Positions 1-12,573 of a stretch of 64,000 bases of DNA are shown here, piece by piece (within the stretch, counting starts at the first letter, position 1; every line of letters begins with the position of its first letter). The translations under genes and the position numbers were made by a program. Origin of the DNA: Schizochytrium sp. TIO01 (taxonomy: Eukaryota > Protista > Bigyra: Labyrinthulomycetes); assembly GCA_004764695.1 (NCBI GenBank), contig SMSO01000037.1:4626747-4690746 (forward strand), in the 5' to 3' direction. The notes beneath the pieces are model-generated. The model did not search any database, was not told the origin of the DNA, and saw only the letters and a list, made by a program, of their open reading frames with translations.

Positions 1-512
1 ACCTCCTCGCAGTAGGACCGAGCTTCACTAAGAAGGCATCACAGCAGAATACCAGGGAGGTTCTCTTGGTTTGCGACACGAAATAAATCGAAGCACATGA
101 ATATCATAACTCATGCTCGTTTCATGAAATTGCAATCGAGGGCGAAGCATCAAGAGCTTCTGTGATGGGATGGACTCTCTTTCATCTTGGCTCGGCTCCG
201 CTCAGCACACGAGGCGAAAGCATCAGCAGCAGCAGCAGCGGTCGCTCAGAGTGAACTTGTTGGCGAACTCGCAATATTACATCGATTTAGTAAGTTCCCA
301 TTTGACGAATTCCTGATGACTGACTGTGAAAAAACATGGAGTCAGCTCAAGATCTGCCGCACGTGCTGCAGACAAGGACTGCTCGCAACACTCCCGAGAG
401 ACGGCTATTTCGATCGAAGGCACTGCGAGCTGCCGCGAACGAGAGTCGGGGAAGACGAGGCCATCTCAGGCCTGAACTCGAAGAAGAGCTCGAAGTCGAA
501 CTCGAAGGATGG

Positions 513-557
513 TGAATGAATGAATGAATGAATGAATGAATGAATGAATGAATGAAT
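513..557. repeat. (GAAT)n microsatellite
   Basis: About 11 perfect GAAT units read directly. Confidence 0.95.
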
Positions 558-2894
558 AGGCACGAGATTAACGTTATCATCATGAAAGAAATCTATCTGC
601 ACAATGTGCGGCTCTCGCGATGGCAGCTCGGAGCCGGACTCGTCCTGGAGAGATGATTCCAGGACAGACATCGCATCGATCACCGCGAATGAAAGAGTGA
701 GTGAATGACAGGCGATGAACGGCAGAAAGAAAGTATTGTACAAGTAAGTAGTCAGGCGGCGGCAAATTAGAGCGTGCAAGGGAGCAGAGAAATCAACTCA
801 ACAAGAGCTTAAGAAAGTTGAAACGAGTGAACGATGGACGGCGCATGACCAAGCAAGGCATTTATCTATCTGGCGAACTGCAATTGATGAGCTAGCCCTC
901 TTCTCTCAAATTAATTGCAAGCGGAAGGGCAGGGGGAGGGAGCAGAGGCTCTCACGCATTGCATCATTCGAATCATTCATAAATACATTCATTCATTCAT
1001 TCAATCAATCAATCAATCATAAACATTCATGCACTCTTCACTCAAGAAGAGGAACGAAAGAGCGATCGCGCGTCAGCAGACAAAAGCTCTCAGATGGAAC
1101 CAAAGCGATCGGGAGACGCCCGAAGTTAAGTACTAATTTAAGCAGTCCACAGTAGGTACCTACCTACTACCGCCCTAGTAACTCATAGCTACTTCTGCAA
1201 AGTAAAGAGGTTCTCATAGTACTAAGCTTTGCTTCTGGTTTTGAAATAAGTGGTACTTTTTAAAAATCAAATAAATGAAGCATTTTTTAATATATTAATT
1301 AAAGCTGTTTTCAGTGGAAGAGGATCAAAACCACTTTTAATTATTTTGTTTGTTTGTTTGTTTTATTGCTTTCTCTTTTAAAATAAAAAAAAGAATTTAT
1401 ATTTTAAATGAAAAGACCTTTTACGATGGTATGGAGAACGAGAGAGATATCTTGGATTGAAAGAATTAAGAAGGAGAGGGATTTCCTGCTAAAGTCCGAG
1501 ATTTGAAGAAGAGCAAAGGCCGCAAAACATTCGCAGAAACGTCTCGACAAGAGGCGGAGGGCTCGGAGCTTCGTGCCCAGGCGCGTTGGTGATGACCTGG
1601 CCGACGAGACTGGCCAACGAGCGAGCGAGCGAGCGAGCGAAGAGAAGGAAACGCTCGAGAATGCAGCAGGCCTAGTACTAAACTGTGAAGGAAAATAAGC
1701 AAGCATAGATTCTGCTTAGAAAGAAAAGTAAAAAGAAAGAGTGAAAAGACAATCGTTTCTTTCATGTGAGGCAGAAGAAACGCTCACGATCCTCCTTAAT
1801 CGCCCGCGCCATAGTAGCCCTAGTAAACGCACTACGACTCTTTCTCTTCTTTTCAGACAGGTTAAAAACTTTCGAAAAGAATTTTCGAAGAATGGCGATA
1901 AAACTCTTGAAACTGATCTGCTCAAAACTTTTATTTATATACATCTATGATCTAAGCACTATACTTTTATTTTAAAAGAAATAAAATAATAATAAAATAT
2001 TTTTTTCGCCCTTTGCGTATCATCATTCGTCGAGCTGCTAAGGCTCCTCTGTTCTTGATAGTGGTATTCTCTATTTAACTAAAATTTAACTTTAAAATGT
2101 TTTGAAAATAAGAGGATTCTGGCCTAGTTGGATTTGCACGTGCCCTTTTCCGACTCTATTCCTTCTGTCATCCCATAGGAAGCTGCTATGAGTTTGATAG
2201 GCAGGAATAGCGCGGTGAACCCATAATTAATCATATAATTACATACATATGGAGATCGTTCGTTCTTCAACTTAAAAGGTGATTTTGTCTCCAATGAGAC
2301 TCGACTCTGCATGTGCTTTAATAGCGAGACTGCATTCGAAGCTTGGGCGAGGAATGTCTTCTTTGACAGCACCGACCAAGAGGCTCGCCGAGTGGCGAAT
2401 TGGCTGGCTGGCTGGCTGGTTGGTTGTTTGGTTCGACGCTCGTAGAACAATGACTCGGCAGGCGTGCAACGCGAGCACGTGGACTTTCTCTGCCTCGCGC
2501 CCGGAGCTGAGCCTGCCATGCGAGACACGTGGAATGGCTTTCTCTCTCGCTTTGAATTAAATAAGTCCTCATTAATTAACAAATAAATTAGTGATATCCA
2601 ATTGTAAACCTTCGTAAACTCTCTTCATCATTTGTTTGTAATGCAGACTCATGAATGAATGCCGCGAGCAGGTTCTTTTTATATAGTATACAACCTTCCT
2701 ACTTGCGCTGCCATTTGAACAATAAGGCATCCACCGACATACCTGGAGGATTCATGAAATGGCTGAATGAACAGATTCTCATCTTTCTTCTTTTTATGAG
2801 TAGGTAGAAACTGAAGCGATTGATCATTCAACGTGCTTACGATGGTCTGAATGCCGAATGAAGAACGTCTGCTACTGTTTCGCCCACTCACCAC

Positions 2895-2940
2895 ATGAAT
2901 GAATGAATGAATGAATGAATGAATGAATGAATGAATGAAT
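2895..2940. repeat. (GAAT)n microsatellite
   Basis: About 11 GAAT units, degrading into (AAAT)n. Confidence 0.95.
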
Positions 2941-4484
2941 AAATAAATGAATAAATGCATAGATTGAAAATGCTCTCGCTCACTCAAAAAGTGCGCTTCT
3001 CATCCTAGTCAGATCTCTATCTCCACAGAAAGAAGACCTTCAGGAACGTCGCACCTTGGGCTCCTTTTAAATCACTTTGTTTCTTTTCAATCGCCGCCTT
3101 TCTTTCGATCAGCCACTTGAACCAGCCTGAGATTTATTCATTCCAAAACCTTAAGAGTAACATTACCATTTCCCTTTTACATGAATAAATATTACTTTCC
3201 AAAACAAACCAAAAATGTTTATAAATTAAATAAAAATTATTATCATCTGAAAATAATTATGAACAATTTAATAATAAAAAAATCCCTCTCTCGCGCTTCC
3301 TCTCTGCACGTAAACTCAGCCGCGGCTGCGTTGGCCTCAGAGATGAGCCTGCTCGCGACAGTAATGGCTCTAGGCCTTCGAATAAAGGCACGGAGGAAGA
3401 GACAGAGGGAAGCAGAGTCTCCAGCAAAGAGGAACCAGCTGATCGATCCTACCATTCTATAGCTGGCTGTAGCTGGCCGCGAGGAAAGTACCTAAACAAA
3501 AAAGAGATTATTCTTCTTCAGCACATCTCTGAATTAAAACAAAACCAAAATCAATAGAATTCTGTTTAAACAATCTTTTAAAGGTTTATGCTTTAAACCT
3601 ATGCAATGGCGACATAATTTGCATTTTGGAAGCTGCAGATTTGGAAGGAATCGCCCATTTTAAAAAAATGGAAACTTTGAAAATTAGAGAGAAATTATTT
3701 TTTATGTCAAAAACATAAGAAATGGAAACAAACCTAGCAGCCAAAATGAGACGCTCGTCAATATGGTAGGTAGACTCGGCAGCTTCTGAGGTAATTTTGA
3801 TGTTTAGGTCGCACGAGAGCCAAGAAAGGCCCGTCTCGATGCCTGAGCCATCTTTAGTTAGCTAACCAATGTGGCAGTGGCTCTGGTCATTTGGAAATCG
3901 AACTTCATTCATTCCATTTTTTACTTTTCATCCATCAAAGCTTAAGACGGCTCCTAAGATCAGCGTAGCAGAGCCTACCATAGAAAGTCAGCGACTCATC
4001 GTCTGTCTTTCTCAAAATTTAAAGTTTTTAGTTGTCATTATTATTAACCTAAACCCTTTTATAAGTATTTATAGAAATACCTATAGCTGGAAGTGGAGTT
4101 TGTCTCTCTGTCGGTCTGTCTGTCTTTCTTTCCTCTCTGTCTCTCTGTAAAATGTGGACGAAATAAAAGTTCTTTTTCAAGTAAATAGACACTTGAATAA
4201 ATGAATATGATGTCTCTGCATCTTTCGTATGTTTGTAAGTTTTGCATCATTTAAATAGCGAGCAGAGCGTAGTCCTACTAGCCACCTATGTGAATCCTAT
4301 AAGCCGTCGCGTGCAGAAGACAGGAAGAAACTGGGTGATAGGAGATAAGCAGGGCAAAAAGAAAGATGGAAAAAAGTTTTAGCAAGTGCTAATTAAAAAG
4401 GCGATGGATGAGATGAAAGAAGTAAGGAGAAAAATGGAAGAAAGTAGGAGTGGATAGAAAGACATAAGGGACTAAAAAGAAGAA

Positions 4485-4485
4485 A

Positions 4486-4520
<35 letters not shown>
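4485..4520. repeat. (AAAG)n microsatellite upstream of the AP2 gene
   Basis: About 9 AAAG units within a purine-rich tract. Confidence 0.9.
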
Positions 4521-4521
<1 letters not shown>

Positions 4522-4867
4522 GAAAAGAAAGGGAAGCAGAAGATTAGTAAGAAGACACTAATGCGGAGAGAGGGGAAGGAAGGAAGTAGGCACGCGAGGG
4601 AACTTGGAGAAGCAAAACCTCAATTCGAAGTTCGAGCAAATCCAGAACTCAGAATCAAAGCTCAAAGGCAAAAGCCAAAGCAAAGCAATCAATCAATCAA
4701 TCAATTGATCAATCAGAAAACATCCACGGTTGAACTCGACCGGAAAGCAAACCCCAAACCCAGCTCTTGAAGCAGCAAGAACTCCTCGCGAGCACTTGCA
4801 ACAACAAGATAAGAACAAAAGCTTAACACATAGTACTTGTAGTACACAACAACACATAATCACCAAG

Positions 4868-6130
4868 ATGGACTTCGACTTGGACGCACTCGTCTTTGAA
4901 GGCGAATCCAGCTTGTTGGACAACTTCTTTCCCAGCGAAGACCTTTTCGATTCTTACGCCGCTGATGACTTCCACCTCGAGAGCCGCGTGGCTCTTGAGG
5001 CCGAGGCCGTCGCCTCTGATACCATGAACATCAAGCCTGAGATCGACCTTCTCGCAGAGTGGAGCCTTGATGATGAGGAACCCCTTAGCATTGAGACCTC
5101 TGCCTGCGAACCTGTGCACTACATGCCTCTTGTCAAGCCCGAGGCCAACATGTACGCACAGCCCACCACCTACACAAACGTTGTCAACAACATGAGCCAC
5201 TACCAGCCCCAGGTGCAGCTCGCCCCCATCGCTCCCATGTGCAACCTTAAGAAGCGCAAGTCTAGCGAGGAGGCCCCTGAGCCGCACCCTCTCAAGAAGC
5301 AGGTCTGCGACATTCCCCAGCAGAAGCCTAGCTTCCGCGGTGCCATGGAGATGCAGAAGCAGCAGATGCTCATTAAGCAGCAGCAGATGAACGCCCCCGT
5401 CGCCTCCATGCACGTTATGCAGCACCTCCAGCAGCAGCAGCAGCTCAAGGCTCGCCCTGCACCTCTCCGCACCAACATGGCCCCGTACAACAACAACAGC
5501 AACACCTCCACCCCGACCTCCAAGGCCCTCGCAACACCCGCTGTAACCCCGAAGACCAACAGCGCCAACGCAGAGAAGGGTCGCCAGACCTCCACATTCC
5601 GTGGTGTCAGCTGCTGTGGCAAGGACCGCAAGTGGCAGGCTCGCATTCGCGATGCCAACCGCGTCAGATACCTTGGCCGATTCTCAACTGAGCTCGAGGC
5701 TGCCCTCGTCTACGACAAGGCTGCCCGTGAGCTCAAGGGCGAAAAGGCACCCACAAACTTCGTGCAGATGGACGAGGAGACCCTCAAGAACTTGCAGGAG
5801 GCCTTCTCAAAGCACGGATGCGTGCCCAGCACTCTTCAGCACCTCATTCACAGCCCGCGCAAGCCGGTCGATGGCAAGAACAAGAACAACAACAACAACA
5901 TCAGCGACTCCGACAGCGATATCTTCCCGGACTCCCCCCTCGCAAAGGTTATCACCAAGCCCCCCGCGATGGCACCCAAGAACAAGGCCAACACTGCCAT
6001 CCGCAGGGCTAACACCCAGGTTGGACAGGGCCGCCTTCGCCTCGACTCGGCGCCCATGATGCACAACAAGCAGCAGCAGCAGATGAGCATGGCGCCCCAG
6101 CCCATGTACGTGCGCTCGGTTTCCTTCTAA
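4868..6130 (+). CDS. AP2/ERF-domain transcription factor
   Basis: AP2 domain STFRGVS..KWQARIR..RYLGRFSTELEAALVYDKAARELKGEKAPTNF (~5591-5761). Also an acidic/hydrophobic N-terminus, a bipartite NLS-like LKKRK..LKK and Q-rich tracts. Strong C-ending codon bias begins at ATG 4868, so the TTG start at 4730 is not preferred. Confidence 0.93.
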   Translation: MDFDLDALVFEGESSLLDNFFPSEDLFDSYAADDFHLESRVALEAEAVASDTMNIKPEIDLLAEWSLDDEEPLSIETSACEPVHYMPLVKPEANMYAQPTTYTNVVNNMSHYQPQVQLAPIAPMCNLKKRKSSEEAPEPHPLKKQVCDIPQQKPSFRGAMEMQKQQMLIKQQQMNAPVASMHVMQHLQQQQQLKARPAPLRTNMAPYNNNSNTSTPTSKALATPAVTPKTNSANAEKGRQTSTFRGVSCCGKDRKWQARIRDANRVRYLGRFSTELEAALVYDKAARELKGEKAPTNFVQMDEETLKNLQEAFSKHGCVPSTLQHLIHSPRKPVDGKNKNNNNNISDSDSDIFPDSPLAKVITKPPAMAPKNKANTAIRRANTQVGQGRLRLDSAPMMHNKQQQQMSMAPQPMYVRSVSF

Positions 6131-9100
6131 ATGCTTTCCTTCCCTTTAGAAAGCACATGGCTGCCAATCATGCCTGTTGTATTCACCTGATGTTGTTTCC
6201 ATTCGCTGTTGTTCTGTCGTCATCTGACCCAATTTGACCTCGATCGTCTTGAGAGCAAGACATCGAACCTCGAGCAAGCAAGCCTAAAGCCTGCCTGCCC
6301 GACCCTCCTGTAGCCTTTCCAAGGCCCCACTCGGCATAGAATTGGCCATAGCGCTAGCGGTTCCTGAAGAGGAATCACTCGCTAAGGAAGCCAAGAAGTA
6401 CATGAGCCGTACCGGCCAAGAGGCAAATAGCTGTTTCTGACTGCCAACCTTCAAAAAAGTGTCACCATTTACCATAAAATAAACCAATATAATCAAATCT
6501 CCAAAACTTCAACTCGATCTCAACTTCTTCTTCTCCTTCTTCTTCTTCTTCTTCTGTTGGTCTTGACCTTGATCTTCAATCGGCGAAAGCAACGTCCTCT
6601 TCTGCTTTCCTTCTTTTCAAACAGCGCTCCCACCTTATGCATACACTCATACTCTCTCGCACGTGCATCACTTAAGACTTTCCGGAAAATACAAAGGCTA
6701 GGGAATTCGCTCGCTCGAACATTATGGCGACCGAATGTAAACCAAGCCCAAGACGCCCCCATATTCGACCGACGATCCTACTTTTGATCTTGGACCCTCC
6801 TGCGTACGTCGATGTGAAAGCTCGTGTACTCTGAAAACGAGAACCTAAACGGCAATTTGAACCTCAGTTGCAAGAAACTTGGATTTTTACGTCCATCGTC
6901 CAGCTAGACTGAATGAGAGTAAAACTTGACTCTTACAAGTATCGTATAGCAATGGTTAGAGACTCCTTGTATCAGTCTGCTTCCTTTTGTGGTAGTAGAC
7001 TTACATGGGGGCGAGAGAAAAAAAGAGCTAAAAATGGATTCTCGCGTATCTCCTTCAATCAATTGAGCGCGCGAGCAATGAAGCCTATCACAGAGGGCCG
7101 CGTTGGACTTGGATCCTAATGTTTATACACGGTACTGCGAGTCAGCCCTTAAAGCTAGGCCGGGCAGTGTAAGACTTTATTTTCTAAACGGGCGAGAGCC
7201 ATCTCCGCGGAGCTTTTACCTTTTTCTCTTCTTTTTCTTTTTTTAATATATATACTGTAGGAGTGGTTCAATTTGTTTACTGTAACGGCATTCAAAAACG
7301 CATAGTACCGATCATAATAAACATGAGGTTTTCATAAAGGGTAATAATATTTACCACACCATAAAATAAAACCAACCATGCTGCTTTGCAACCATCCTTC
7401 TTGCCTCGGATTTGTAATATATTTATTGATGTTATTCTATTTTTATTTTTTTCAAAACTTTAAGTACGGGAATAGATTGGATGCGAGCCATTAATGAGAT
7501 AAGACATATGTAATTAAAGTAGATTCTCATCTCCACACCTCTAACTTTCATTTCCACGAAACCTCTAGAGTTTATTATTTTATTTATTTTATAATATAAC
7601 TTTATGACAATGATAATACAAAGACAAACAGAAACACGTACCTAATGAATAATCAAAGCAATTTAACTTTTTTTAAAGCAAAAGTTGTTGGTTGATTGTC
7701 TATTTATTTGGCTCCCTCTCTTCTCATAGCTTGGAGTCCAACCCCTCCTGATCTCTCAGTAACTGTCCAAGTCCATCCCTCCCAATGACTAGTTCGACAC
7801 TGCAAAATCCTTCCACCAATGATTTCATCAGCACAACAAGATTCGCTTTTCTCATCACGCCTTTTGTTCCGCTCATTGCCAGCCACCCAAAGCAAGTTTT
7901 TAACGCAAAGGCCCTTTTTGGCAAAGTTAAACTCTGAGAAATCGTTGTGCCCATTCTTTTTCTTTTTAGAGAGCTTCCAAGATTCCCTCAAACCGAGACA
8001 AGCCCCGTGGTCCTCAATTAAATGATTTGCCTATCTCCGATGTGATTCTTCTCTCTTTAGCCCTCAATGACTACATTCTGCCTACGAATTTGGAGAATAG
8101 AAATAGAATCTGCTGTTTTGCAAGTACCGAAGTACTACTCTATTCTTACTCCGTCATCCTGCAGATCTGGTCCTGAGGCTTTCATCTTCAGCGATGCACA
8201 ACCCGCTTCACTATTCGTACCCAACCCATGTTTTCTCGCATTCTAAAACACGTTCCTAGATATGAAAACAATCGCGATTCATATAAACCCAGAGATTGTG
8301 TGAATGTGTGGCTCCGAGAGACACGTGCGCAGAATGCCAAGATTCGTTTTGCCTACACAGCATGGTACGCTAGATACTACTAGACCTTCATGGTAGAAGG
8401 CCAGAACTTCCGAACGCCGGTCGGCCTTTGCCTGTGACCCAAGAAAGAATGCTGCCTGGCGGATTAACCAGCCAGAAACGTGGCAAACAGTCTAGCAGAC
8501 AGGAAAGCTGGCACGTCCCTCCCAAGAAGTTTTCTGAGTATTGGTTTACAAATGAATATTCACAAGATCGTAGATGACAGCGGATTTTGCGATTCATCCC
8601 GATACACTTCCTCGAATCAAACGACTTCCAAATTTCACTACCGCTGGGCTTATTTATTTAGAACTGGTCCTAATAGAATTGCCTCGTCAGCATCAGCTAG
8701 TCGGCAAAGCATCTAGAGCTGGCGAATCTACAGAGTCCTCCAAAAGTCCCTTTCGCACAGACCGCTCGCTAACACTTTGCCGGGGCTTTACAAATTCTGG
8801 CAGCCCATCTACCTTCGCATCCTTTCCAGGCCTTCCAGGGAGGCAGCAAAAACCACGCCTGTGGCGGCCCCTCCCTGCTCCTAAATGAATGGATTCATAC
8901 TACTGCCTCGACGCCGTGGTCGCCCATTCGCATGTGCAGTAGCTAGCCGCTGGCTGGCACCATTGTCCACGTGCGTGAGCTTGGAAAATAAGTACAGAAG
9001 CTTGTGACCGCACGTGTAATAATGTGCGCTTTAGCTTCCTTAGCGAGAGTAAGTGACCTGGCAGCAACAGAGAAAAGTGCTGCGAGGTTATTTAGTTTCT

Positions 9101-11259
9101 TTTCTTTCTCAAGTGCGTTGCCATAATAGGTAATGCGTTATCAAAAGTTCATCGCTGCACGGCAGCAGAGACTCCGCCTCTGTGTTTTGTGGTTTTCCAC
9201 ATTTCAAAAGCATAAAACTTGGGGAAATCGTTTCAAGATTCATCGACCAAAATCAATTAAACTAAAGTGCACAAATTACTACATCAGCTCCGTTCGTCAT
9301 CTTGGCTCCAGTAAGTTGCAGAAGAAGCGGGAAAGGAGAATTGCGAATCGGCGATGAGCTCGCAGCTCTTGATGATGCCGCCCCTCAGAGGCCGACCAGC
9401 GAACACCTGTCCTAGTTAGTACGCATAGCTGGCGCGACGAGAGCGATTCGAATTGCTGTGAACAGATTGCCTGCCAGTGCTAAAGAAGAAAGTAAACTTC
9501 CTGCATGTACTAATTTTGTAAAGAAAGTTGTAGTAGGGAGCCCCTAAAACTTTGCAAGGAAGGGTGAAGTCTGCAGGAGCTGGTCCTTCCTCGCCTGTGA
9601 GGCCAGAGGTCCTGGTTGTCTTACTTCGCAGGGAGGAATGGGCCAAAACAACGTTTGCCAGAGCCACGAATCGCTGGGATGTTCAGTCCAGCATGGTGGG
9701 CTCTGTTTGGGGGCTTAGTAGTAATAACACAGACCTTTTGCAACCAGACAAACAGAATCTTCAAGTGCCGAGGAGAATCTCGAGTGCTGAATTCTCACTT
9801 CCTCAAAAATGCTGCCCATGATTCAGAGGCAATCTTCTTTTCCTAACATGAAATTTATGAGAAGTGACCGTACCTGCGAAGAGCAGTAACGCACGAGTAT
9901 GCATGTCAGTGAGTGGTGACGGACTTGCAATAGTGCAATAGTAATCATAAAAATTAAACATGCGGAGGGAAAATCCCACACAACACCTATGTTTAATACA
10001 GCCTTCAGGTTAGGTAAAGCTTAAGCACGCGTCAGCGCCATACCAGCTGCCATCGTTCATAGGCTCAAGATCGTGATGATTTCTTAGTGTAGAGACCATC
10101 CTACTCTTTTCCTTCTTGTTGTAGGTTGCGCACGTGCGCTCGCACGCAGCCACAAGTTCTCCTTTCTTGCAACATAGCATTTGCGCACTTTTTCTTTTTC
10201 TTCTTTTTCTTTTTCTCTGATTCTTCGTTCTTTTATTCCTCTCCTGAAATTGTCATGTGCTGTCCTGCGTAGAATGCTTCAGAGAAAATAAACAATTGCG
10301 CTCATCGTGCAGAATTGGAAATAAACTTTCTCAGTAGGTACGAAGGCAAGTTATGTCAATAAATTATGTCAATGAACTTTTTTTTTCACCTTTTAATGTC
10401 GTGTTGTGATTCGTGGTTACGTATATTAAATTTTCTACAACTTTGCAAATGCATTTCTTTCTGTTGTAAAATCGAGCCCAACTAATGCAAAACTTTAATT
10501 TAGAAAAGTCTTCTTATCTCCATTAATATGTTTCACTAGAAGAGAAACCGTCCGGAAGTATATTATGTTGATATGCTCACGTGACCTTTACGTCAAAACA
10601 TCAACTTTGAAAATATTTATCGTTCTTCAAAACTTCAAGGAGGAAAAGGAAACGAAAAGCAAATTAAAATGACATGAAAGAGAATGAATTCTTTTTTATT
10701 TCTCTTTAGCACCATTTTAAAGCGTACTGGCCTCCAATGATAGGAGACACTGTTCGGGATTACGTCGTGATGATGCAATCCTTGTTTTAAAATAAAAAAT
10801 ACAATGTTGTTGCGAAATGCTGTTGTCTTTCGTCAGTTTATAAAAAACACCCAAAATAAATTAATGAATAACATAATCGATGATAGACAAGCCTTGTTTC
10901 ATAATCCTCTTCACCATCGTATAGGATAACAGTTTTTTTTTGTGAGTTTTTAACAAAACGAAGAATTATAACCATTTCTTTTCTACGCCTTTTAAAGGAA
11001 GACCACTTTGATTTTGTTGAAGATGACTGTCACAACCACCTTTATGGCTACATTGAAAGCACCAGACAAAAAAATAAAAATAAAAAAAGTTTCCTAAGAA
11101 TAACCATCGCGTTTCACAGTCACTTCACAAATAGAGCTGAAACTACAATGGGCATATCGGCCACTCCGCCTTTTTTCTGAACCTTGAGATTTTTGCAATA
11201 AAGTACAAATGACAGCACCTTCAATCTTTCTCAAAAATACCTCGAACATTCTTCCGACT

Positions 11260-12573
11260 TTATGTGTCTGGAGAACTGTCAGCTTCTTCTTCCAAACGTG
11301 TAAGGACAGATTGCACGCGCAGTGGTCCCCATATGTTTCTATCAAGATCCATCGTACCCTTGAGCATGTTGTCTAGGCCTCGAACCTCGGCACCACTCAC
11401 ACGATGATCAACACATTGGTCGCGTGCATAGTTGTAGGTTCGAATTTTCTCAGATCTATCACCAGTAGCCACAAGATCTTTTCGTAATCCCTGTTGCTTT
11501 TGTTGCTCTTCTTCCTTTACTAACGCTTTGACACGAGCGGCAATGATTTTCATAGCTTTCGCACGGTTCTGGTGCTGCGAGCGTTCATCTTGAATCGACA
11601 CAGTCAGCCCAGATGGCACATGGGTAATACGAACCGCACTTTCGGTTGTATTTACGTGCTGGCCACCAGCTCCAGAGGCGCGAAATACATCAATGCGCAG
11701 ATCTGCTGGGTTTAGCTCTACATCAGCCTCGTCTACCTCAGGTAGCACGACCACGGTGACCGTACTCGTGTGAATACGCCCACTGCTCTCTGTTGCAGGG
11801 ACTCGTTGCACACGATGTACACCGCTCTCAAATTTAAGGCACCCGTATGCGCCCTCGCCAGATACTAAAGCAACACCTTCCCGGAGGCCATGGTCTTTAT
11901 AACGTTCTGTCAACGTCTCCCATTGCCATTCTTTGAGACCTGCCATGCGCTGGTACATTGTGTAGATCTCCTCGGCAAAAATAGAAGCTTCGCTGCCACC
12001 TACGCCGGGGCGAACCTCAATGATTGCATTCGCATCATCGTCACTTTCGCGAGGAAGCAAGCCTGCAACAAGGGATTGTTCGATATCCTGTTGAGCTTCT
12101 TCGGCAGCTGCAAGCTCTTCACGAGCAAGATCTGCAAACTCAGGCTCATCGCGATATGCCTCAACCTCTTGCTGAAGAGTCTTCACTAGCTCCTGAGAAC
12201 TTTCTAGTTTTCGATGCATTTCACAGAGAGAGTCGAGACGCCCAGCTTCGCGTGCTGCACGAACATACGCTGAGGAGTCTGGTGATACAGTATCCAGTAC
12301 CTCATTGGCTTTCTGCAAAGCAGCTGGAAGTTGCTGCGCCCCGCGAAGGATTCGTGCCCGTGCCCAATCCGGCAGTTCGAACGCCTCAGAGCTAGTTGTA
12401 GGACCTGCACCTGATAACCACCGCTTACTGTGCCAGGGCAAACCTAGCGTTGACGACGCTGATAAGCTCGCTGGGAGATTTTTCACGCTTGAAGCTAGAG
12501 CCCTTGGTCGCTTTCTTGCAAACGCAGACCTACTCCACGCAGTCTCAGCCACAACACATAGGCCCCGCGACAT
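11260..12573 (-). CDS. prfA: Mitochondrial class I peptide chain release factor, RF1 type (mtRF1a)
   Basis: GAGGQHVN (GGQ) motif, VQRVPATESSGRIHTS (PxT = RF1 specificity), GGSEA, DRSEKIRTYN. The Arg/Ser-rich, acid-poor N-terminus resembles a transit peptide. Confidence 0.95.
   Translation of the reverse strand: MSRGLCVVAETAWSRSAFARKRPRALASSVKNLPASLSASSTLGLPWHSKRWLSGAGPTTSSEAFELPDWARARILRGAQQLPAALQKANEVLDTVSPDSSAYVRAAREAGRLDSLCEMHRKLESSQELVKTLQQEVEAYRDEPEFADLAREELAAAEEAQQDIEQSLVAGLLPRESDDDANAIIEVRPGVGGSEASIFAEEIYTMYQRMAGLKEWQWETLTERYKDHGLREGVALVSGEGAYGCLKFESGVHRVQRVPATESSGRIHTSTVTVVVLPEVDEADVELNPADLRIDVFRASGAGGQHVNTTESAVRITHVPSGLTVSIQDERSQHQNRAKAMKIIAARVKALVKEEEQQKQQGLRKDLVATGDRSEKIRTYNYARDQCVDHRVSGAEVRGLDNMLKGTMDLDRNIWGPLRVQSVLTRLEEEADSSPDT

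Noticed and set aside
187-4250. Numerous 60-150 aa ORFs upstream of the AP2 gene
   Set aside because: Mostly non-ATG starts and microsatellite-derived text (HSFI repeats), with no domain or codon bias.
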